Of a stretch of 64,000 nucleotides of DNA, positions 15,121 to 26,800 are shown one piece after another. Both the position numbers and the translations under genes were made by a program. Origin of the DNA: Eledone cirrhosa (Eukaryota); NCBI GenBank assembly GCA_964016885.1, contig OZ024741.1:414098001-414162000 (forward strand), given 5' to 3'. How positions within the stretch are numbered: position 1 is the first letter of the stretch; the number at the start of each line of letters is the position of its first letter. A model generated the notes under the pieces. The model was given only the letters and a program-made list of their open reading frames with translations, was not told where the DNA came from and searched no databases.

Positions 15121-15228
15121 GTTGAAAGTGTCTTGCTCAAGGAAACAACACATCACCCGGTCTGAGAATTGAACTCACAACCTTTCGATTGCAAGGCCAA
15201 TGCTCTAACCACTAAGCCATGTGCCTCC
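15121..15228 (-). mobile_element. tRNA-derived SINE 5' fragment (Pol III head plus the start of a conserved body)
   Basis: The minus strand reads GGAGGCACATGGCTTAGTGGTTAGAGCATTGGCCTTGCAATCGAAAGGTTGTGAGTTCAATTCTCAGACCGG. It has an A-box TGGCTTAGTGG (15209-15219) and a B-box-like GAGTTCAATTC (15166-15176). These are followed by CCTTGAGCAAGACACTT, which resembles the CCTTGGGCAAG motif that follows the head in CORE-type SINEs. The stems are too degenerate for a functional tRNA. Confidence 0.8.
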
Positions 15229-15229
<1 letters not shown>

Positions 15230-15281
<52 letters not shown>

Positions 15282-15288
15282 GTATATA

Positions 15289-15353
<65 letters not shown>

Positions 15354-15393
15354 GTATATATATATATATATACATATATACATAAATATATAT
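15230..15393. repeat. (TA)n microsatellite with interruptions
   Basis: Directly visible. It lies between the SINE 5' end and the LINE 3' tail. Confidence 0.98.
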
Positions 15394-16331
15394 CATCATC
15401 ATCATCATCACCGATTAACGTCCGTGTTCCACGCTTGCATGGGTTTGGACGGGGGTAGTCCCACTTGAGGCAAGAGTGATTGTCTTGCTCACATAGGACT
15501 GTCTGGCAGGTTTTCTACAGTTGGATGCCCTTCCTAACACCAACCACATTTACAGTGTGGGTCTGGGAGGTTTTTACCGTGTTGCCTACACGGCCACATT
15601 ACAGTGTGGACTGTGTGTTTTTTTGTCGTGACACCTACACGATCTCATTTGTTTCGGCCTGGATGGTGTGGCACCAACACAACTTTACATAGAACGGGGT
15701 GGCGTGGATGGGTTGGGGGTGGTGGGATGGGGGGGGGGGGGGTATTTTGTTAGATGCCTACTGGCTGTAGTAGGTTTTACTATGTATTTAGGTAAGGCGG
15801 GTCTTCTCTGTTACTGAGTACCGCCAAAGGTCTCGGTCCAGTGACATTGTCTTGGAGAGGTGTAAGTGTGTGAGGTCGGAGTTTATCAGCTCGTCCCAGG
15901 TTTTTCTAGGTCTGCCTATTCCGTGGCTACCGTCTATCTTTATTGCCCTGCACTTTGTTATACAGCTATCGACTTTCATGCGTATCACGTGTCCATACCA
16001 ACGTAGCCTTCTCTCGAGTAAACAACATCTGATCCCTCTTATTTCTAATTTTTTCCTTAGTTCGTTTATGCTTTGCCGTTCACGTATATTACTGTTACAC
16101 ATCCAGCGGAGCATGCAAGCTTTGTTCCTCTCTAGTCTGCGTATATCCTCTGCACACAATGCCCAGGTCTCACTGCCATGCAACATTGCTGTTCGTATGC
16201 AGGCATCGTACAACCTGCCTTTCATTTTTAGGGAGAACCCTTTAGCAGCTAATAGTGGTATAAGCTCTCTGAACTTTTTCCAACCAGTTCTGACTCTAGC
16301 TACTGTACTTTCAGAGCACCCTCCCCCACTG
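15392..16331 (-). mobile_element. 5'-truncated RTE-clade non-LTR retrotransposon (LINE): ORF C-terminus, ~380-bp 3' UTR and (TGA)n tail
   Basis: The ORF carries motifs typical of the RTE-clade region after the RT core ([51 protein letters not shown]). The stop is at 15788-15790. An (ATC)n run at 15392-15410 is a trinucleotide tail on the minus strand. The 5' end is abrupt and falls in a TA tract. Confidence 0.92.
15788..16330 (-). pseudogene. C-terminal ~180 aa of an RTE-clade LINE reverse transcriptase polyprotein; RT catalytic core and endonuclease are missing
   Basis: This is part of ORF 15788..16429. The first 33 aa ([10 protein letters not shown]...) are microsatellite read-through. LINE-like sequence starts at SGGGCSES and has no stops or frameshifts up to the natural stop. 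Confidence 0.88.
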
Positions 16332-16499
16332 ATATACATATATACATAAATGTATATATATATATATACATATATACATACATACATATATATATAAATG
16401 TATATATATATATACATATATACATACATACATATATATATATATATACATATATATACATATATACATACACATACATAGATATAAATATATATATAA
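16332..16499. repeat. (TA)n/(TACA)n compound microsatellite
   Basis: Directly visible. It abuts the LINE 5' truncation point. Confidence 0.97.
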
Positions 16500-16570
16500 T
16501 TTTATAATTACATGGACATTATATATATATATTATATATATATATATATAATGTCCATGTAATTATAAAA
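16500..16570. repeat. Inverted repeat (71-bp palindrome) with a TA-rich centre
   Basis: TTTTATAATTACATGGACATT (16500-16520) is the exact reverse complement of AATGTCCATGTAATTATAAAA (16550-16570). Pairing extends 12 more bp through (AT)n, leaving a 5-nt loop. Confidence 0.95.
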
Positions 16571-16924
16571 ACAAAATTAATTACTTCAAGAGACAACTAA
16601 TCATTTAAAAGAAACAAAGAACTGAGACTTTCAAGAATAATTAAATTTTGAGAAACATTTTAAATTTTCTAACAGAATCACAATACAATTCCTTGTTTAA
16701 TTGAAACTTTTCTCAAGGTTACATGAAACCTGCAAATTACTTTTCTAGGGCCTGTGGCACAACAAAGGAAATTTTGAAATAGAAAATTTGACCCCCTACA
16801 TTTTATACTAAATCGCATATCCCACTTATTATTATATACTTTCAGGTCTTAAAAAATGACCCCCCCCCCAACTGCTTATTATTTAGGCGCACCATACCTT
16901 GCTTTGATGGGACTGTAAATATTT

Positions 16925-16987
16925 GGCCGGGGATTTTACAGCTAAATGCCCTTCCTAACACCAACCATATTTACAGTATGGGACTGG
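16925..16987 (-). mobile_element. Isolated fragment of the RTE 3'-UTR motif (remnant of a related LINE or SINE)
   Basis: 16946-16987 matches 15525-15566 at 39/42 bases (ATGCCCTTCCTAACACCAACCA..ATTTACAGT..TGGG.CTGG), in the same orientation. Confidence 0.75.
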
Positions 16988-17441
16988 ATGGCACCGTTAT
17001 GAGGAGGGACAGGCCAGTTGGCTGCGCCAAACCCTTCTCACAGCGGAACCGTAGTTTGGGAGCTGCGATCACGATATAATATGTGTTATTTATTATCATA
17101 GAAAAACACATAATATGACAGCTGTAGCTTGATAAAAACTGTCTCCACTATTGGTATTTAGTGCTGGTTGGTTGGTTTAGAAGAATATAAGATTCAAGAA
17201 ATGTAGATGATGTCTGAATTTGGAAATATGGATCTGGTTCAGGTGTTTAATTTATAGTTGGCCTTGTTTTACCAAGGTAGGGCATTCCAAGTTATGAGTT
17301 ACGGCAATTGATGGTTATTTTGTAAATAACTTTGGGTTTGTTCTAGAGGTATCTACTTTCAGATTTAGGTATTTGATGGTCGCATTTAAATATATTGTCT
17401 GACATCTGTCCATCTGCAATAGACAATGGTCTTGTTTCCAG

Positions 17442-17600
17442 AGATGTATTCATCTGGACTTTCATGAAGTCCAACACAGGAATGGTGACTGCAGCGTGGT
17501 GCCTCACTGCTAGAAATAACATACAGACTGCAGAGCAGATAAGGAGTGAAGAATTTGTTGACAAAAGAGAAGGAAGGAGTGACTATGATAGCCTCAACAG
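17442..17600 (+). CDS. Candidate internal coding exon (159 bp, phase 2-2), peptide DVFIWTFMKSNTGMVTAAWCLTARNNIQTAEQIRSEEFVDKREGRSDYDSLN; weakly sulfotransferase-like
   Basis: The acceptor is TCTTGTTTCCAG| (AG at 17440-17441) and the donor is CAG|GTATTG (GT at 17601-17602). The length is a multiple of 3. Only one + frame is open (within ORF 17395..17673). The segment is less AT-rich than its flanks. There is no transcript evidence. Confidence 0.45.
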
Positions 17601-17676
17601 GTATTGTCGTTTATCTGTAGCAAATGTAGTAGAGACTGCCTTTCACCTTTTATATATAGGATCTGTAGGATAGTAA

Positions 17677-17745
17677 GGGATGTAAGGTCATTGATCAAAG
17701 GTTTATTTAATCACGGCCAACATCAGGCTAAACAACAACAACAAC
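17677..17745 (+). mobile_element. Probable retroposon (SINE/LINE) 3' end with an (AAC)n tail
   Basis: It ends in GGCTAAACAACAACAACAAC, with (AAC)5 at 17731-17745. It resembles a tail I recall from cephalopod interspersed repeats, which I could not verify. Confidence 0.4.
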
Positions 17746-17883
17746 CAATTCTAGAAACATGTTTCCAAAATATGGTTAACTAGAATATTTATAGGATAAA
17801 AAGCAACAATTTTTTTATATATACTTTCAAGACGTGGTTTGATGGACAACGTTCACACAACCCCATTCCAATGTCTTCCGTAG

Positions 17884-20800
17884 CCTTTCATTACAATATT
17901 TCTAATGTAAGACACTGTCTATGTTGTTTAACCCTTTCACTACCATATTTCTAATGTAAGACACTGTCTATGTTGTTTAACCCTTTCACTACCATATTTC
18001 TAATGTAAGACACTGTCTATGTTGTTTAACCCTTTCATTACCACATTTCTAATGTAAGACACAGTCTATGTTGTTTAACCCTTTCATTACCACATTTCTA
18101 ATGTAAGACACTATCTATGTTGTTTAACCCTTCCATTACCATATTTCTAATGTAAGTCACTGTCTATGTTGTTTAACCCTTCCATTACCATATTTCTAAT
18201 GTAAGACACTGTCTATGTTGTTTAACCCTTTCATTACCATATTTCTAATGTAAGACACTGTCTATGTTGTTTAACCCTTCCACTACCATATTTCTAATGT
18301 AAGTCACTGTCTATGTTGTTTAACCCTTCCATTACCATATTTCTAATGTAAGACACTGTCTATGTTGTTTAACCCTTCCACTACCATATTTCTAATGTAA
18401 GTCACTGTCTATGTTGTTTAACCCTTCCATTACCATATTTCTAATGTAAGACACTGTCTATGTTGTTTAACCCTTCCATTACCATATTTCTAATGTAAGA
18501 CACTGTCTATGTTGTTTAACCCTTCCACTACCATATTTCTAATGTAAGTCACTGTCTATGTTGTTTAACCCTTCCATTACCATATTTCTAATGTAAGACA
18601 CTGTCTATGTTGTTTAACCCTTTCATTACCATATTTCTAATGTAAGACACTGTCTATGTTGTTCAACCCTTTCATTACCATATTTCTAATGTAAGACACT
18701 GTCTATGTTGTTTAACCCTTTCATTACCATATTTCTAATGTAAGACACTGTCTATGTTGTTTAATCCTTCCATTACCATATTTCTAATGTAAGAGACTGT
18801 CTATGTTGTTTAACCCTTTCATTACCATATTTCTAATGTAAGACACTGTCTATGTTGTTTAACCCTTTCATTACCATATTTCTAATGTAAGACACTGTCT
18901 ATGTTGTTTAATCCTTTCATTACAATATTTCTAATGTAAGACACTGTCTATGTTGTTTAACCCTTTCATTACCATATTTCTAATGTAAGACACTGTCTAT
19001 GTTGTTTAATCCTTCCATTACCATATTTCTAATGTAAGACACTGTCTATGTTGTTTAACCCTTTCACTACCATATTTCTAATGTAAGACACTGTCTATGT
19101 TGTTTAATCCTTTCATTACAATATTTCTAATGTAAGACACTGTCTATGTTGTTTAACCCTTTCATTACCATATTTCTAATGTAAGACACTGTCTATGTTG
19201 TTTAATCCTTCCATTACCATATTTCTAATGTAAGACACTGTCTATGTTGTTTAATCCTTCCATTACCATATTTCTAATGTAAGACACTGTCTATGTTGTT
19301 TAACCCTTTCACTACCATATTTTTAATGTAAGACACTGTCTATGTTGTTTAACCCTTTCACTACCACATTTCTAATGTAAGACACTGTCTATGTTGTTTA
19401 ACACTTTCATTACCATATTTCTAATGTAAGACACTGTCTATGTTGTTTAACCCTTTCACTACCATATTTCTAATGTAAGACACTGTCTATGTTGTTTAAT
19501 CCTTTCATGACAATATTTCTAATGTAAGACACTGTCTATGTTGTTTAACCCTTCCATTACCATATTTCTAATGTAAGACACTGTCTATGTTGTTTAACCC
19601 TTTCATTACCATATTTCTAATGTAAGACACTGTCTATGTTGTTTAACCCTTTCATTACCATATTTCTAATGTAAGACACTGTCTATGTTGTTTAACCCTT
19701 TCATTACAATATTTCTAATGTAAGACACTGTCTATGTTGTTTAACCCTTTCATTACCACATTTCTAATGTAAGACACAGTCTATGTTGTTTAACCCTTCC
19801 ATTACCATATTTCTAATGTAAGTCACTGTCTATGTTGTTTAACCCTTTCACTACCATATTTCTAATGTAAGACACTGTCTATGTTGTTTAATCCTTTCAT
19901 TACAATATTTCTAATGTAAGACACTGTCTATGTTGTTTAACCCTTTCATTACCATATTTCTAATGTAAGACACTGTCTATGTTGTTTAATCCTTCCATTA
20001 CCATATTTCTAATGTAAGACACTGTCTATGTTGTTTAATCCTTCCATTACCATATTTCTAATGTAAGACACTGTCTATGTTGTTTAACCCTTTCACTACC
20101 ATATTTCTAATGTAAGACACTGTCTATGTTGTTTAATCCTTTCATTACAATATTTCTAATGTAAGACACTGTCTATGTTGTTTAACCCTTTCATCACCAT
20201 ATTTCTAATGTAAGACACTGTCTATGTTGTTTAATCCTTCCATTACCATATTTCTAATGTAAGACACTGTCTATGTTGTTTAATCCTTCCATTACCATAT
20301 TTCTAATGTAAGACACTGTCTATGTTGTTTAACCCTTTCACTACCATATTTCTAATGTAAGACACTGTCTATGTTGTTTAACCCTTTCATTACAATATTT
20401 CTAATGTAAGACACTGTCTATGTTGTTTAACCCTTTCATTACCATATTTCTAATGTAAGACACTGTCTATGTTGTTTAACCCTTTCATTACCATATTTCT
20501 AATGTAAGACACTGTCTATGTTGTTTAACCCTTTCATTACCATATTTCTAATGTAAGACACTGTCTATGTTGTTTAACCCTTTCACTACCATATTTCTAA
20601 TGTAAGACAGTATCTATGTTGTTTAACCCTTTCATTACCATATTTCTAATGTAAGACACTGTCTATGTTGTTTAACCCTTTCACTACCACATTTCTAATG
20701 TAAGACACTGTCTATGTTGTTTAACCCTTTCACTACCATATTTCTAATGTAAGACACTGTCTATGTTGTTTAATCCTTTCATGACAATATTTCTAATGTA

Positions 20801-23800
20801 AGACACTGTCTATGTTGTTTAACCCTTCCATTACCATATTTCTAATGTAAGACACTGTCTATGTTGTTTAACCCTTTCATTACCATATTTCTAATGTAAG
20901 ACACTGTCTATGTTGTTTAACCCTTTCATTACCATATTTCTAATGTAAGACACTGTCTATGTTGTTTAACCCTTTCATTACCATATTACTAATGTAAGAC
21001 ACTGTCTATGTTGTTTAACCCTTCCATTACCATATTTCTAATGTAAGACACTATCTATGTTGTTTAACCCTTTTATTACCATATTTCTAATGTAAGACAC
21101 TGTCTATGTTGTTTAACCCTTTCACTAGCATATTTTTAATGTAAGACACTGTCTATATTGTTTAACCCTTTCATTACCATATTTCTAATATAAGACACTG
21201 TCTATGTTGTTTAACCCTTTCATTACCATATTTCTAATGTAAGACACTATCTATGTTGTTTAACTCTTTCATTACCATATTTCTAACGTAAGACATTGTC
21301 TATATTGTTTAACCCTTTCATTACCATATTTCTAATGTAAGACACTGTCTATGTTGTTTAACCCTTTCACTACCATATTTCTAATGTAAGACACTGTCTA
21401 TGTTGTTTAATCCTTCCATTACCATATTTCTAATGTAAGACACTGTCTATGTTGTTTAACCCTTCCATTACCATATTTCTAATGTAAGACACTGTCTATG
21501 TTGTTTAACCCTTTCATTACCATATTTCTAATGTAAGACACTGTCTATGTTGTTTAACCATTTCATTACCATGTTTCTAATGTAAGATACTATCTATGTT
21601 GTTTAACCCTTCCATTACCATATTTCTAATGTAAGACACTGTCTATGTTGTTTAACCCTTTCATTGCCATATTTCTAATGTAAGACACTGCCTATGTTGT
21701 TTAATCCTTTCATTACCATATTTCTAATGTAAGACACTATCTATGTTGTTTAACCCTTTCATTACCATATTTCTAATGTAAGACACTGTCTATGTTGTTT
21801 AATCCTTCCATTACCATATTTCTAATGTAAGACACTGTCTATGTTGTTTAACCCTTTCACTACCATATTTCTAATGTAAGACACTGTCTATGTTGTTTAA
21901 CCCTTTCATTGCCATATTTCTAATGTAAGACACTGTCTATGTTGTTTAACCCTTTCATTACCATATTTCTAATGTAAGACACTGTCTATGTTGTTTAATC
22001 CTTCCATTACCATATTTCTAATGTAAGACACTGTCTATGTTGTTTAATCCTTCCATTACCATATTTCTAATGTAAGACACTGTCTATGTTGTTTAACCCT
22101 TTCACTACCATATTTCTAATGTAAGACACTGTCTATGTTGTTTAATCCTTTCATTACAATATTTCTAATGTAAGACACTGTCTATGTTGTTTAACCCTTT
22201 CATCACCATATTTCTAATGTAAGACACTGTCTATGTTGTTTAATCCTTCCATTACCATATTTCTAATGTAAGACACTGTCTATGTTGTTTAATCCTTCCA
22301 TTACCATATTTCTAATGTAAGACACTGTCTATGTTGTTTAACCCTTTCACTACCATATTTCTAATGTAAGACACTGTCTATGTTGTTTAACCCTTTCATT
22401 ACAATATTTCTAATGTAAGACACTGTCTATGTTGTTTAACCCTTTCATTACCATATTTCTAATGTAAGACACTGTCTATGTTGTTTAACCCTTTCATTAC
22501 CATATTTCTAATGTAAGACACTGTCTATGTTGTTTAACCCTTTCATTACCATATTTCTAATGTAAGACACTGTCTATGTTGTTTAACCCTTTCACTACCA
22601 TATTTCTAATGTAAGACAGTATCTATGTTGTTTAACCCTTTCATTACCATATTTCTAATGTAAGACACTGTCTATGTTGTTTAACCCTTTCACTACCACA
22701 TTTCTAATGTAAGACACTGTCTATGTTGTTTAACCCTTTCACTACCATATTTCTAATGTAAGACACTGTCTATGTTGTTTAATCCTTTCATGACAATATT
22801 TCTAATGTAAGACACTGTCTATGTTGTTTAACCCTTCCATTACCATATTTCTAATGTAAGACACTGTCTATGTTGTTTAACCCTTTCATTACCATATTTC
22901 TAATGTAAGACACTGTCTATGTTGTTTAACCCTTTCATTACCATATTTCTAATGTAAGACACTGTCTATGTTGTTTAACCCTTTCATTACCATATTACTA
23001 ATGTAAGACACTGTCTATGTTGTTTAACCCTTCCATTACCATATTTCTAATGTAAGACACTATCTATGTTGTTTAACCCTTTTATTACCATATTTCTAAT
23101 GTAAGACACTGTCTATGTTGTTTAACCCTTTCACTAGCATATTTTTAATGTAAGACACTGTCTATATTGTTTAACCCTTTCATTACCATATTTCTAATAT
23201 AAGACACTGTCTATGTTGTTTAACCCTTTCATTACCATATTTCTAATGTAAGACACTATCTATGTTGTTTAACTCTTTCATTACCATATTTCTAACGTAA
23301 GACATTGTCTATATTGTTTAACCCTTTCATTACCATATTTCTAATGTAAGACACTGTCTATGTTGTTTAACCCTTTCACTACCATATTTCTAATGTAAGA
23401 CACTGTCTATGTTGTTTAATCCTTCCATTACCATATTTCTAATGTAAGACACTGTCTATGTTGTTTAACCCTTCCATTACCATATTTCTAATGTAAGACA
23501 CTGTCTATGTTGTTTAACCCTTTCATTACCATATTTCTAATGTAAGACACTGTCTATGTTGTTTAACCATTTCATTACCATGTTTCTAATGTAAGATACT
23601 ATCTATGTTGTTTAACCCTTCCATTACCATATTTCTAATGTAAGACACTGTCTATGTTGTTTAACCCTTTCATTGCCATATTTCTAATGTAAGACACTGC
23701 CTATGTTGTTTAATCCTTTCATTACCATATTTCTAATGTAAGACACTATCTATGTTGTTTAACCCTTTCATTACCATATTTCTAATGTAAGACACTGTCT

Positions 23801-26800
23801 ATGTTGTTTAACGCTTTCACTACCATATTTCTAATGTAAGACACTGTCTATGTTGTTTAACCATTTCATTACCATATTTCTAATGTAAGACACTGTCTAT
23901 GTTGTTTAACCCTTCCATTACCATATTTCTAACGTAAGACACTGTCTATATTGTTTAACCCTTTCATTACCATATTTCTAATGTAAGACACTGTCTATGT
24001 TGTTTAACCATTACATTACCATATTTTTAATGTAAGACACTGTCTATCTTGTTTAACCCTTTCACTACCATATTTCTAATGTAAGACAGTATCTATGTTG
24101 TTTAACCCTTTCATTACCATATTTCTAATGTAAGACACTGTCTATGTTGTTTAACCCTTTCACTACCACATTTCTAATGTAAGACACTGTCTATGTTGTT
24201 TAACACTTTCATTACCATATTTCTAATGTAAGACACTGTCTATGTTGTTTAATCCTTCCATTACCATATTTCTAATGTAAGACACTGTCTATATTGTTTA
24301 ACCCTTTCATTACCATATTTCTAATGTAAGACACTGTCTATGTTGTTTAACCCTTTCATTACCATATTTCTAATGTAAGACACTGTCTATGTTGTTTAAT
24401 CCTTCCATTACCATATTTCTAATGTAAGACACTGTCTATGTTGTTTAACCCTTTCATTACCATATTTCTAATGTAAGACACTGTCTATGTTGTTTAACCC
24501 TTTCATTACCATATTTCTAATGTAAGACACTATGTTGTTTAACCCTTCCATTACCATATTTCTAATGTAAGACACTGTCTATATTGTTTAACCCTTTCAT
24601 TACCATATTTCTAATGTAAGACACTGTCTATGTTGTTTAACCCTTTCATTACCATATTTCTAATGTAAGACACTATCTATGTTGTTTAACCCTTTCATTA
24701 CAATATTTCTAATGTAAGACACTATCTATGTTGTTTAACCCTTTCATTACCATATTTCTAATGTAAGACACTGTCTATGTTGTTTAACCCTTTCACTACC
24801 ATATTTCTAATGTAAGACACTGTCTATGTTGTTTAACCCTTCCACTACCATATTTCTAATGTAAGAGACTGTCTATGTTGTTTAACCCTTTCATTACCAT
24901 ATTTCTAATGTAAGACACTGTCTATGTTGTTTAATCCTTCCATTACCATATTTCTAATGTAAGACACTGTCTATATTGTTTAACCCTTTCATTACCATAT
25001 TTCTAATGTAAGACACTGTCTATGTTGTTTAACCCTTTCATTACCATATTTCTAATGTAAGACACTATCTATGTTGTTTAACCCTTTCATTACCATATTT
25101 CTAATGTAAGACACTGTCTATGTTATTTAACCCATTCACTACCATATTTCTAATGTAAGACACTGTCTATGTTGTTTAACCCTTCCATTACCATATTTCT
25201 AATGTAAGACACTGTCTATGTTGTTTAACCCTTCCATTACCATATTTCTAATGTAAGACACTGTCTATGTTGTTTAACCCTTTCATTACCATATTTCTAA
25301 TGTAAGACACTGTCTATGTTGTTTAACCCTTTCATTACCATATTTCTAATGTAAGACACTGTCTATGTTGTTTAACCCTTCCATTACCATATTTCTAATG
25401 TAAGACACTGTCTATGTTGTTTAACCCTTCCATTACCATATTTCTAATGTAAGACACTGTCTATGTTGTTTAACCCTTTCATTACCATATTTCTAATGTA
25501 AGACACTGTCTATGTTGTTTAACCCTTTCATTACCATATTTCTAATGTAAGACACTGTCTATGTTGTTTAACCCTTCCATTACCATATTTCTAATGTAAG
25601 ACACTGTCTATGTTGTTTAACTCTTCCATTACCATATTTCTAATGTAAGACACTGTCTATGTTGTTTAACCCTTCCATTACCATATTTCTAATGTAAGAC
25701 ACTGTCTATGTTGTTTAACCCTTTCATTACCATATTTCTAATGTAAGACACTGTCTATGTTGTTTAACCCTTCCATTACCATATTTCTAATGTAAGACAC
25801 TGTCTATGTTGTTTAACCCTTCCATTACCATATTTCTAATGTAAGACACTGTCTATGTTGTTTAACCCTTTCACTACCATATTTCTAATGTAAGACACTG
25901 TCTATGTTGTTTAATCCTTTCATGACAATATTTCTAATGTAAGACACTGTCTATGTTGTTTAACCCTTCCATTACCATATTTCTAATGTAAGACACTGTC
26001 TATGTTGTTTAACCCTTTCATTACCATATTACTAATGTAAGACACTGTCTATGTTGTTTAACCCTTCCATTACCATATTTCTAATGTAAGACACTATCTA
26101 TGTTGTTTAACCCTTTTATTACCATATTTCTAATGTAAGACACTGTCTATGTTGTTTAACCCTTTCACTAGCATATTTTTAATGTAAGACACTGTCTATA
26201 TTGTTTAACCCTTTCATTACCATATTCCTAATGTAAGACACTATCTATGTTGTTTAACTCTTTCATTACCATATTTCTAACGTAAGACACTGTCTATATT
26301 GTTTAAACCTTTCATTACCATATTTCTAATGTAAGACACTGTCTATGTTGTTTAACCCTTTCACTACCATATTTCTAATGTAAGACACTGTCTATGTTGT
26401 TTAATCCTTCCATTACCATATTTCTAATGTAAGACACTGTCTATGTTGTTTAACCCTTCCATTACCATATTTCTAATGTAAGACACTGTCTATGTTGTTT
26501 AACCCTTTCACTACCATATTTCTAATGTAAGACACTGTCTATGTTGTTTAATCCTTCCATTACCATATTTCTAATGTAACACACTGTCTATGTTGTTTAA
26601 TCCTTTCATTACAATATTTCTAATGTAAGACACTGTCTATGTTGTTTAACCCTTTCATTACCATATTTCTAATGTAAGACACTGTCTATGTTGTTTAATC
26701 CTTCCATTACCATATTTCTAATGTAAGACACTGTCTATGTTGTTTAACCCTTTCATTACCATATTTCTAATGTAAGACACTGTCTATGTTGTTTAACCCT

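Noticed and set aside
15157-15228. Functional tRNA gene (TGC at the anticodon position)
   Set aside because: The anticodon and acceptor stems are mismatched and the sequence runs into a SINE body motif. It is treated as a SINE head.
15153-15468. Three IY/YI-rich ORFs, one with a poly-His run
   Set aside because: They are translations of (TA)n and the (CAT)n LINE tail.
15480-16349. + strand ORFs 15480..15692 and 15852..16349
   Set aside because: They are antisense to the LINE 3' UTR and ORF, with no recognisable motifs.
17455-17473. Small hairpin TGGACTT-TCATG-AAGTCCA
   Set aside because: A 7-bp stem is expected by chance, and there is no supporting context.
17270-17564. Minus-strand ORF 17343..17564 and a nearby WNALP motif (17275-17289) suggesting a decayed CR1/L2 LINE end
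   Set aside because: The motif is only 5 aa, lies in a different frame and is bracketed by stops. That is insufficient without a profile search, though it remains an alternative to the exon call.
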